Positions 11,936 through 24,200 of a stretch of DNA of 64,000 nucleotides are shown here, piece by piece. The notes under the pieces are model-generated. The model searched no databases. It was not told the DNA's origin and saw only the letters and a program-made list of their open reading frames with translations. This stretch comes from Tubiluchus corallicola (lineage: Eukaryota > Animalia > Priapulida). Location: the NCBI GenBank assembly GCA_030141605.1, contig JAQGDQ010000134.1, positions 394,816 to 458,815 of the forward strand. Direction: 5' to 3'. The position numbers were made by a program, and so were the translations under genes. Position 1 is the stretch's first letter. Every line of letters begins with the position of its first letter.

Positions 11936-12480
11936 TTGATTAAAAAAAGATCTAAGTGGATGGGAAGATTGAGTTTTTTAGGGATTAAATTTGATTTGGA
12001 GGTTTTTAAAAACGTTTTGGTGTTGGTTGAACTAACTTGTGATGGTTTAGAAAAAGCCACTGATATCAATCTCAGTGAAAAGGCATTTAAAAATGAAAGC
12101 TGCGAGAAAAGATTGGAAAAAGAAACTTAAAACCTGTTCAGCTTCTGGGAGATATAATGGTTACTAAACCAGGACCCTTCTTTGAAAGTTGAATAGGTGG
12201 TATGTACAATACTGAATTATTGGTAAAGGCAATAATTGGAGGTTTGGAGATAAATGGTAATCCTCTGGTTAGATAGAAGTTGCTGAACAAGACAGAATTT
12301 GTGGATGTGGTTCAAAATTGGAAACTTTGGAACATATTTTTATTACGTTGCAATTTTTATGAAAATGAGAGAGGATAGGTTGTTTGGGAGGTGCATATTG
12401 TTTCAAATCGTTGAATATCGTAGAAATTTTCTTAGCGACGTAATGAAGAGGCGTCGTCAAGGTCGTAAGGTTAGACTGAA
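11936..12480 (+). mobile_element. Decayed non-LTR retrotransposon (LINE) ORF2 3' fragment
   Basis: ~12286-12372 translates to QDRICGCGSKLETLEHI, then after a frameshift LLRCNFYENER. This is the CCHC knuckle typical of LINE ORF2 C-termini, surrounded by stops and frameshifts. Confidence 0.55.
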
Positions 12481-12824
12481 ATTACGAGTTACGAGTTTAA
12501 CGTAATTTATTTTTTTGTTTTCTGCCAAGTAGCAGTCTGTGTCTGCTTACATTGCTACAAAAAGCTCTAGGCACTGAACCAAACTGAACTATAGGCCCCC
12601 TATGTAATATCTATTTCGTATTGTGCCCTTTCGTCGGTTCCTTTAAGTCAAAAACCCCACATCCTGGAAGGGCACCATTCCAACAGTTTAGCAACAAAAA
12701 TCACAAAAAATGGAACCTGAGTTATGATTTCATTCACTATATTACGCGTCTTTATCTGCTCAATCGTAAGGTAATCATTATCTAATCGTAACGTAATCAT
12801 TATATAATCTTTACGTAATTCTTA

Positions 12825-13035
12825 AGTGGCGTCTACCTGACATCCGGAATGCGTTATGTGTGATCCACCTGCAGAAAAGCTGCGTATAAAGAATCAATAG
12901 GAAATAGCTGCAGAAAAAAAATAAAGCATAACGCAGATCTGAATAGCGGGTGAATTTAAAACAATATAAACCAATAAACCAATTTTACCTATTCCACATA
13001 CGCATACGCATTCCGGATGCTAGGTAAACACCACT
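12825..13035. mobile_element. PIF/Harbinger-type MITE
   Basis: TIRs agtggcgtctacctgacatccggaatgcgt and acgcattccggatgctaggtaaacaccact, flanked by TTA (12822-12824) and TTA (13036-13038). Confidence 0.75.
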
Positions 13036-14362
13036 TTATGGAGCTGAGAACGGTATACTAACAATATAATCGACACTGCTGAGAACAGTAGTTTATAGAC
13101 AATGTGTTTTATTAGAGGAGTTTCTACTGTAACGGAAGTGATTCTGACGTATCTCTGGCAAAACGTATACCAGTGTCTTGTATTGGCTGGACTTTCTTGT
13201 GTGCAAGTTTGTTGGTTTCAAAATCAAACATTTTGGGTTTTTTATCATTTATAATAATCTTTAAATTAAATTTTTTGAAGTATTAATTAACTACCCAAGG
13301 ATTATATTTCAGGTTCTAAACTAATTACAATTAATTAGTTAATATTTACTCTAGATTTGGTAAAGTGATCTTGGAAAAGTTGAATTCCAGGCACAAAAAC
13401 GGAATTATTTATCCATTTTCGTTTTCATTCATTGAATGCCGATTTGTGGAAAAATAAGCTGAATAAAGACTGCAATTAGCTTGTGCAATGCCATATTCTA
13501 TTCAAATCTTCCAATCTCAGCATTTTTCCAATACTTGTGCACGCATGTAGGCCTAGTAAGTGTATTATAGAAGCTGAAAACTACGGCCAAATTTGAGGAA
13601 TTCAGATTAATTAGTATCATCTAACTGTGATACCACAAATGATTGTTAGTTTTATACTTTTTAGTTTTAGCTTATTAGCAAATTTATTGTTAGAAATTTT
13701 GTTCAACATAATGCGAATTGGATTAACAAAACTTTACATAAAAAACAACGTACAGGTAATAGTAAGATTTTGTTTTGTTGAAGGCAGTCATCTAATTTAA
13801 TGCTTGAACAAAACGCTTGTAAAATAATATCGCCAGTGCAATATTACCGGCATGCTGATAACGTTACTGACCTTAAAAATCCAAAACTCGTAGGCAATTT
13901 TTTATTTCATGTGCAAAAAGTGACGCGGATTTTTTTATTTAATCATCTTCATTGAAAAATGTACTGGCGGGTTTTCATTCTTATATGAAAAGTAAGATGA
14001 AACTATACGTTTAATATAGTTTTGGCCAGAACCACAAGTCAGTCACATATAGCGCTACGTATACGCTGACGCAGCTTTGTCACAGGGCATATGGCATATT
14101 GGTGTACAGATACTAGATGTGGCTGCTGGTCACAGTTAGATATGTGACGTAGGTTAGTCCAGCGAAGTCGTGCTGGTGTGTTACATACGGTAATTCCAAA
14201 ATTTCTTTTATCACTTATGATTTTATGTTACTACTGTGGCTTCACACTTGCACATTAAATCGAACAAATACTTTTCTTGAAAGGAAAAGGACATAGAAGA
14301 TCACAAATGTTTAGAAAATTAAAACAAAATGGGCAAATTACATTGGCTTTTGCAGATTTTTG

Positions 14363-15523
14363 ATGAGAACCAGAGGTCGTAAAGCCAGCTCGGTGCACGG
14401 CAGCATAAACAAGTTCCATGTCGCTCGCTCAATGCCGCCCCGCAAGGTGAAGACGGCTGCCTCTCAGCCGCCCCACAAATGGACAGTCTTTGTTACGGAC
14501 AATGAACGCATCATACACAAAATCAACATCCGCTGCGCTTACGAAGATGGTTGGGAAAACAAGAACAACGACGACCAAGTCGGTAAGACTGACTTCTGTC
14601 AGGAGATGGTCACAACCATCGCTGACCTGAAAACGCAGTTGAACTGTACCGTCGAGACGCGGCTATCGAGAGCCAACTTTGCAGACATCTACCTGGCTTA
14701 CTCAACCTGTTTCAACACAAATGTGGCCATCAAGGTAGCCAGGTTTGATGTTACCTTTTCTTCCGATTCCATAATCGAAGAGCAAAAAATATTGAGCAAG
14801 ATTTCACACCCAAACGTCATCAAACTGCTTAGTAGCAATATGGCTGCCGGACTGCCATGTCTTGTCCTAGAGTACTGCTCTGGTGGTGACCTCTACCGTC
14901 TTCTACATCAAAAGTCTCCATTTCTTTTGGCAGAGCCTGTTTCTCATCGCTATTTCATGCAACTTCTGGACGCTGTAGAATATCTCCATAGCAACTACAT
15001 CTATCATTGTGACATCAAGTGCAAGAACATCCTTTTGGATGGCAATAATGGAGTAAAGTTGTGTGATTTCGGCATGGCAATTACAATGGATCAGCCAGGG
15101 TCTCGGTGCATTGGGATGAGAGGCACTCCGGGGTATCGACTTCCGGAAATGGTTTCAGAAATGGAGTATGACCCAGGCAGTGGTGACCTATGGGCAATGG
15201 GAGTGGTCCTCTACATTATGTCAGTGGGGCGCTTGCCATATGGGGATAAACCAGAAATGAGAGGAGATTCTAATATGTATGTGCTACAATTTCCTCCAAG
15301 CAATGTTCTGCCTCTTTCTGAATCTTTGAAAATACTACTAAAAGGGATACTAAATTACCTATCTCATGCTCGATACAGTCTTAATAGGATAAAGCAAGCG
15401 GCATGGTGTCAGAAAAAACCTGAAAATATTCCTATGATCGGTAATCATTATTTGTCTCGACGATTGCAGAAATTCTGCACGAGCCCCGACGAGGCTATGG
15501 AACGAAACATTTATCAGATCTAA
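14363..15523 (+). CDS. Intronless CAMK-group Ser/Thr kinase, testis-specific serine kinase (TSSK)-like, ~386 aa
   Basis: Motifs VAIK, alphaC Glu, HPNVI, LEYCSGGDL, HCDIKCKNILL (TSSK-like HRDLKCEN), DFG, GTPGYRLPE and DLWAMGVVLY. The ATG at 14363 is uncertain (alternative 14432). AATAAA signals lie at ~15797, ~16113 and ~16135. Confidence 0.85.
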   Translation: MRTRGRKASSVHGSINKFHVARSMPPRKVKTAASQPPHKWTVFVTDNERIIHKINIRCAYEDGWENKNNDDQVGKTDFCQEMVTTIADLKTQLNCTVETRLSRANFADIYLAYSTCFNTNVAIKVARFDVTFSSDSIIEEQKILSKISHPNVIKLLSSNMAAGLPCLVLEYCSGGDLYRLLHQKSPFLLAEPVSHRYFMQLLDAVEYLHSNYIYHCDIKCKNILLDGNNGVKLCDFGMAITMDQPGSRCIGMRGTPGYRLPEMVSEMEYDPGSGDLWAMGVVLYIMSVGRLPYGDKPEMRGDSNMYVLQFPPSNVLPLSESLKILLKGILNYLSHARYSLNRIKQAAWCQKKPENIPMIGNHYLSRRLQKFCTSPDEAMERNIYQI

Positions 15524-18254
15524 CAAGTCAAACCAATACTTCATGATTTTTTATTGTAATTGTATCTTTTGATATCTTTGCTATGGTTCTGTAACCATGT
15601 TTATGTGATATTTATGCTTTTGCTTGTAAGCATCTATAGTTTGGCCTGCTCTGGATATTATATAATGCTTAGGATCCTTACTAGTATGGACAGACTCAAA
15701 TTTTCAGTAAAGTTATAACAAGGAAGTGTTCAAAAACATCATACACAGAGATATTATGATAACTGTGTCGTCTTTTGGCTGCTGTGGTCACTGTACAATA
15801 AATTGGTTAATATTCTAAAGAAATACGTCTACCCATCATACTAAAATGACAGAAAGCATTGTACTATAAAATTTTGTCTGCTAGAAACTAACAACCTAAA
15901 GTGATGGTAGAATATAGTATGTTGCATAATGGACTTAAAGTTTTAAATTTAAGTCAGTCTGTTGAAAGTATAGCTTTTCTCTATAGTTTACACCAAGCCC
16001 ACCTTCTTCCTAAATAGAATGATTTCAGTGATCATGTAATAAATTACTGTTTACTTTGAAACACAACAAGTGAAAGCTATTAATTTTGTTACCATGGTAA
16101 CAAGTAAACTGCAATAAAAAAGAGAAAGTGCCAAATAAAATCTTTGATTTCTGACCTGTTTGAAACGTTCCTGTTTCATAATGCACTGTTTGCTTTTAAA
16201 AAATTAACAAAGCCGCATGGAATGGTTAAAATAATCAACACTACATCTGCAAAAAACAATCCCAGTTCATTTTCTGTTTAACAAGTTTATTGCAAATTGC
16301 ACATAATAACAAGAATTAAATTTCATTTCATTTCATTATTTATCAAAACGTTGCATTTGTATGATGTAACATAGATATAATTATTTAGAAATAATGTACT
16401 TACATAAATCTATATAATCATACAAAACACGTTCCTGGTACTATGGTGGAGAAATAAATGAAATTTAATGTACAAAAAAATTGAACTTAAATAAATAGTT
16501 TTCACATATAGGAGTTTTTAATACACTCGTAATACATACTGTCATCTACTGCTCACTTTGCATATTATATTTACATTCGACAATTTCGTGCATCTTTAGC
16601 CTTTGACTATTAAATAAGAGGTTAACACGTGACAAGATGTATTAACTCCAGTCTTCAAAAAAAGTACATGAAACACTTGAAAAGATTTTCACTACTGCTA
16701 ATATTATCACAGACATAAATTTTTACAAAAAACTGACAAAATCAGCTGTAACATAAGCTCAACTGCTTCACAAAATTCATCGCGGAAGATTAAGTACAGT
16801 AGTCAGACTTGTTATACGTAAAGCTTTTCAGCAATGCTTTCATGTTACACGCATCTGTGATCCACATAACTGTCTACATCAGTAGACCACACATCTGATA
16901 ACAAAAACTGATCACACCTGCACACTTGCACACAATAATGACCAGTGGTTAAAGCTGTGTGTCAACACACGCATTGTTCTTGCACTATCAGAATGCGTAA
17001 CTTACTTTTACGTAACCAGTCATTGTTTTAAACTACGAAATCCAGCTGATATTGAAATTTCCAAATCTTATATACACGACTTTACAAAAACAACATTAAG
17101 TAGCATTATTGATAGCAGAATATAAAAATATTTATACATCTCTTTGCTTATGACAGACTTATAACTTGTCCAAATGAATATTTAGCCTTAATAAATAAAA
17201 GTTTAAGTAGCTGCTAAGTTATTAATAACATTGTTGACTGTTTACAATTTGCCTCTCCACCTCCTCTCATTTCAAACAACAATATATTATGTACGTAAAA
17301 TATTTTCTGTAACTGAAATAAGTTACTGTTATACAATTCTGGATGCATTACATAAAACTTTTTAGTATTTTAGTATTGACAAGCCTTCAACAACAAAATT
17401 ACCAACTGCATTCCAATATTTTCACGGGTTGTTTAGGTAATAATATGAAAAAATCATACAGTGTAAACAAACTAAGCAGGATAATTCAGCACAAAGACAG
17501 AACTTTGGTTAAGTCACAAACATCCCAACAGGTGTAGACACCATCTCAATAGCATGAAATTTAGATTTGTGCTTTAAAAATTTTGTGTCACATTGAAGTG
17601 TAGTATCTATGCTAGACTGAGTAGTGGCCTTGCATGGAACTGAAATTCTTTCAAATTTCCTATGCATCTTACAGATGCGATTACATTAAGTCTACACTAA
17701 GCAATCTTCAAAGAACCTGTTAAATACTTGTCAAATTCTTCCTCTACGCTAATAATTTAACATAGAGGTTAATAATTTAACTGTACAAGTCAAGTTAATT
17801 TAGTTACAGGGAAGAAATGACAGAGAATCCTTTTAAGATAATTAGTCATTGTCGAATGTTGACCACACTGACAAAATAAGAGTAGAAGCCCAGAAAAAAA
17901 CTTAAAAATCATAAATCACAAGTACCATCGTCGAATCCTGAGAAAGTACTTAATGAAGAAGGCAAGATATTCTTTTTCTAGACATCTTAGTCATTGTAAA
18001 ATGTGACATCAACAATAGTTAAATAAGGCAAGTGCAAAAATCACCTGCCAGGAAAAATCACTCTCGATGGAATATACAATACGCAATTATCTTTGGCATT
18101 AGTTCATACTAGTCTAGAAACCACAAAAAACTGTTATGTCAAGATCACAACAACCTGCTCAATTAGCACCCGTAAAATGTGAAGTGATGTGCATTGCTCG
18201 TTGATGCAAAATAACGTTCACTTGCTTAAATTCATTTCACTCACACCATTTTAA

Positions 18255-21200
18255 CTAGCAATGAAGAGACGTATTCGAATCCGAGCTGTCAGGAGAATCG
18301 GCTGGCTTTCCAGCCTTTTTCGTACAGGAGTTCATATAGGCAACACTAGAAGGCACCACATGTACAGAAATGCAACTGCCCAGAGTTGTTCCACTGCCGT
18401 CATGCACCAAAGTTCGCGTTGAAGAAGTAGCACTAGAGGGCAGCAGTTCTTTACTGTCAACAGGCATGACAACATTTTCTTCACTTATCGCTTGCTGGAT
18501 GACCACATCATCATCTAAACCAAGTGAACGTCTATGTGCACTGCAGTCACTCTGACAGGACTCTAACGAATGGCAGCCCGAATCGGTCTGTGACTGGTTG
18601 CCACAGGAGATGTTTATTTTCCACGTATTCAAATTTGCATCACAATAAGATGTGGCGGTCGTTGGCACACAGCATAAAGAGCCCAAAATACATGAACCGG
18701 TCGTCGTAGTCGGACTTTCTTGCATTGTCGGCAGGCTTTCTAATTGAGAAAAGTTAAGGTTTTCCATACAGAAAGAGGACGGCCTCTTTTTCTTTGAATC
18801 ATTGATGAAGACGGCGTCCTCTAATTGCTCAGATTCGGTTTCTGCACAGTCCGCATCCTGTAAGTACATCAAAGTGAAAGCTTTCCAATCACAAGCATTG
18901 TCAACATTCACATTAAAAACTCTATGGACTTAGAAACTAAATGAATGTCACATCATATTAACAGACATTTTCAAGTACTATTTTTGAATTGAAGATTTGG
19001 CTTACAACATTTCCCTCCTACACAGAGCCAGATTAAGAGCTCAAGAGGCACTAAGCACTGAAAAGATTATGGTACAACCATACACGTGTAATTCAGGTAC
19101 ACCCATATATGTGTAATTCAGGTACACCCATATATGTGTAATTCAGGTACACCCATATATGTGTAATTCAGTTACACCCATATATGTGTAGTTCAGGTAC
19201 ACCCATATATGTGTAATTCAGGTACACCATATATGTGTAATTCAGGTACACCCATATATGTGTAATTCAGGTACAACCATATATGTGTAATTCAGGTACA
19301 CCCATATATGTGTAATTCAGGTACACCCATATATGTGTAATTCAGGTACACCCCTATATGTGTAATTCAGGTACACCCCTATATGTGTAATTCAGGTACA
19401 CCCATATATGTGTAATTCAGGTACACACATATATGTGTAATTCAGAATAAAAACAATACTAAACTATAAAATGAAATTTTATAGCTTTCAAAATAAAAAA
19501 AACTTTGCAGTAAGATCTATTTATAGTAAATGCTAGGCCATCAGCTTTACATTCAACAAAAAAGGGATATTAGATTAAAAATTGATGCCCATATTTTACT
19601 TGTGGGTAATTATTCGATTTGAAAAAAAAACTGTGTGGGCCCTCTAATCCTGAGGCAGAGCACGTGCTTAGAGGATAACCCCGGGCTGTTCATAACGATA
19701 CAAAATTATGTTAGCTAATATTTCTGAAATAAATGAACAGGTTTAACAATTTCATGGCTTCCATTTTTGAAACTTCAAAAACTGCAATTTTTTGAAATTA
19801 ATAAAGTTCCCAAAATGTACACTCTAGACTTTTAGAAATTTCAGAAATTCTAGTCTACTGCTCTGGATTTACAGAGTCACAGCATTTATTATTTTGAAGT
19901 ACAATGGGTCTGTTTAAAATGAACACGCCAAAAGGAAAAGACATCAGAAAACATAAAAAAGAAAATTCAATTCAAAACTTCGGGCAGTTTATATGACCAA
20001 TACGATACCCTTCCTTTTCAAATTTTGTCTGTCTTACAATTTCATAAAAGCTGTTGGAACAGAAATTCTGATTTAAATCATCACTACAAAAATGTTAAAC
20101 AAGAAACTGTTGCAGGTCATACCATTTCTCTCAATTTAGCCTCATCGCTAGCCGACCACTTTTCTATTGCTTTCCGTATTTGGTTAGGCGAGTTCGGCAA
20201 AGATTTGCTGGCAGAGGTGGCCGAGCTCGTCTTCCGAGACCTAAATAAGAATAAAAAAGATGACTGATAAAAACGCTTAACAATGGCATCCATATATTTT
20301 GCAACTAAATAACTTTTCACACTCTAGATAAATCTAAACTAAAATAGAAATAAATGTTCGCGCAATTTTTTTTACGGTTTTTCATAATTTTATCATAAGA
20401 AAGAAACACCAAGAACCAGACGCTTCTTTTTCCATTTTCCCACACTTAGCCATGTTTTCATATTACATAGCTAAATCTCCTATTTTAAAAGACATTCTCC
20501 AGCTCAATTACAATAGTAAGTCAAATTGACATATCTCCTACGAACCTAATCCAGTCTCAGCTATACAGTACCAAAAATGTAGAGGAAAGGGCTGAAAAAA
20601 GGAATGAACTTGCAATTGCAGAGTGTAGAAGCTGTTTATTACCGACCTGTGCATACCACAGCAGATATCATCTGTACTAACAGGAGAACTAGGAGGCACT
20701 TCTAGCAGCAATTCTAATTCCTCTCTTTCATCATCGCTCTCTCCATCGTACGTATCGACAATCTTTTTAGCATCGGGAAACCGAGAAACAGAAGCTCTGG
20801 CTGGAGTATAAAATGGGTCCTTCTTCGTCATCAGCTCCCCAATGCGCTTCAGGGAGGCGCAGTTCGCATGTCTGCGGATGTGGTGCTTACGGTCAACATT
20901 CGTGCTCAGATCGAATCCACTAGAGCGCCGTATTAGTGACGGCTTAGGACTGCTGCCATCAAATGAATTCTGCCGTTTCAACACTGGAATAAAGCGATAA
21001 TGCACAAACAGCAGTTAGGTAGCATTAAAGCAGCATTGCAATTAACGTAATAATACCTGATAATACCTAACATCACAACAACTAACCTACATGGAAATAT
21101 TTTTACTCTTTTAATAATTTAATAGTATTATGGTTTTAGTTTGCAGAGAGATTAATTATCTAACTGTTTTCTCAACAATTTATTCAGAAAAATGGAGCTA

Positions 21201-24200
21201 CACATAAAATTTTATTTTTAGTAAGTCTAATATTAAATATACTATTAAAATTGTTTAGGCCCACTTCCAAAACACAACTTCCTACATTTCGACAGAATTT
21301 TTTTAGTACAAAAGCACACAACGTTTATTTACTACAGTCAATCAGCTACACACCAACTGTTACAGATAAGCAAGAAAATCAAATTTAGTATCATGTTTCT
21401 GCTTCAAAATTTTGTGACTAAAATATGATACAAAGGCAGCATAACCTTACCCTTCATGATTTTCATAATAAAAGTTTCCCAAGTACTAACCCCAAATACA
21501 CAAGTGAACAGAGCCAAAGAGAAGTAGTAAGCTACCACCTGAGCTTTCTATACATATTATTTCTTCTAACTTACCATGAGGATCTTTCTGGGGAGGCGCT
21601 GACATGAACAGCTGAGAGCTAGAATTTACGACTTTGATCATCTCTTTTTCTTTAGCTGCCATGGCTTCACTTTGTAACGCATGCTCAGCGATCAGTTCAA
21701 GCTGGTCCAAGGCTTCACTAAACGAAGGTCGTTCCTTTGCTAGAACCTGAACACAAAGTTAATGCAAAGTTAAAAAATGACTCCTCGAAAATGGCATTAC
21801 AACAAACAGCCAATCAAATCCTAAACATAAAACGTGCAAAATATAATCTAGCTTAAAGCTTTCTATTTGCATCATCATAGAATTACTCTTACTATCTCAA
21901 TTCACATATTTTGTGTACAGACCATCATAGTAGAAAAACATAAGCAATGTCAGGGCAGCATTCGTTTTTGGCACCCCCTCCCCAACTGTATTGTTATTTA
22001 TTGTCATAAACTAAATTGAGGATTCAAGGATACGGTTCACACTATGCTGGGTCAGAAACTGTTCCTAATATCACTTTCCAAGATAAATTCTCGCAGGAAA
22101 ATGCGGGCAAAGAAATTTAAAGAACAATAGATGGGGACAATATCGCCTGCTGGTTCTTGGATAGGTGACAACTTTGGAAAACCTTGTCTTGAGCGAAGCC
22201 ATTACTCTGCACTCTAATGGCTATAAACAGTGTCATGCTTAGGTGAAAGAAGGAGAAATTTTAACACTCTAAGAGAAGTTAATAGGATATTTAATTTCAC
22301 TCACGTTACAACACTGAAACGCTAATTTGAGCAGTTCCAATGGGCAAGAACTACACATCTCAGCAAATGCAGCATAATCCAGTCCAAAGTTCTACAAAAA
22401 TTTAACATCATAATTAATAAAAGCAAAATGAAAGCAATGTGCATGAGAGTTCACAATTGATAAATTCAAAACAAAATGAAAGCATTGTTCAACAGAGCAA
22501 CATATCTGTTCAAGACACTAAACTCTTAGACACTTAATTGGGAATCAAAAACTTGTGTAAGTAACTATAGCAACACGTACAGCGGTCCTCGGGAGAACAT
22601 CGGGATCAGCTTCAATACGTGCAATTAGCTCACACAGAATTATGCCAAATGAGAACACGTCAGCCTTTTCATTGTACCATTCGCCATGCAAGCATTCTGG
22701 CGACATCCAATAGGGGGAGCCAACAGTCGGCAAGCGTACTTTGTTATTCCTAGAAAAACATGGCAAGAAATTGCCCATCAAGTAAAGCTAGATAACATAA
22801 TGTCTTTATAATACGTGTAGCAATTAAAGTTGTTTTAAATTTTCCTCCTTTCAAACTCATGACAAAGTTTTATTTAACTGACCAACTACCCATTAGACCC
22901 ATTAACTAAAAATTCAATTTAAAAGCAGCATTTCATACAAATAAGATTTATTTACGAAATGAAAAATTTTTTAAATGCAAACACTAACAGTGGATCAGGA
23001 ATTTTCTCTGCTAAACCGAAGTCTCCGACGACTGCCGTTAATTTGTCAGCTTGACAGCGAATGAGGATGTTCTACAAAAAAAAAGATTGTTCATATTTCA
23101 AACATTGAAATCACATCAATCTAAAGAAATCACATGCAGTCTAAAAATTCATCAACGATTTTGAAATTGTGTCTACATGTGAACTCAGTGGAAAATTCTG
23201 ACATTCTGCTTGAGAGATATGTAGTAAGAGTTGACACGACGAGAGTTCAATGCTTTTCACTAGCTCATTTTAAGAGTCCACTGAATATTTGTAAAGTTTT
23301 CTAACTGGCCTTTAAACAATATTGTCGTTAAAAATTCATTACTATATTCAGATACTGAAGTTGCATATAATAATAAGTGCTTTTTGATATAATAAGAAAA
23401 TTCTTTTCATTTTTTATCACTTCGCTGTTAGCGGTCTGCAATACACTGACATACCTTAGACGTTAGATCTCTGTGAAAGATGCCCTTCGAATGTAAGTAA
23501 TTCATTCCCTTGGCAATATCTTGAGCTAGTTTCACCCGTAATATCCAAGGCATGTCCTTGTTTTTCATTTGAATAAACTCATCTAGGCTGCCACCATTTA
23601 TATACTGCAATTAGGATTATAGTGTATGTATGTTATAGTCTTTAAATAAATGTTAGAAAATTTTCACAACAAAAATACAACAGTATTTTACAGATTAAAT
23701 ACTAATATTTATTTTATGTGCATAAAATTAAAAATGTTGAGCACAAGACAGAGTTTGAAACAATGGGGTCATGTGATGAAGGTTGGTCGGCCGATAGGTT
23801 ACTATATCTTATAATAAAACTTAGTACTTTCAGACTTTTTGACACATAACAGAACACAAAAATCAAGAGTTACTGAAAATAATTGCATGCAGTTATAGTC
23901 TCATTTAGAATACAATAATATAGTGAAGTGGTCTAAATTTTTAATTTACAATATGCTGTTCTCATAAACATTACACAAGAAGTTTTTAAAGTTGCCTTAA
24001 AAAAGCTGCCTATGTTCCAACATACATACTTGTGAGATTTTTTTAAGAATGTTTAAACTATACAGGAACTTTACATTTTATGAATTTGAAATAATTTATG
24101 CGACCAATTTAAAATTTAGAATTTATTCGCATCTTAATAGCACATTTTTAATAATAACTGCTCTGTTCATTGTATGCAAATTCACACAAGCTTATAAACA

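Noticed and set aside
19067-19445. Possible CRISPR array
   Set aside because: Head-to-tail 25-bp units with no unique spacers.
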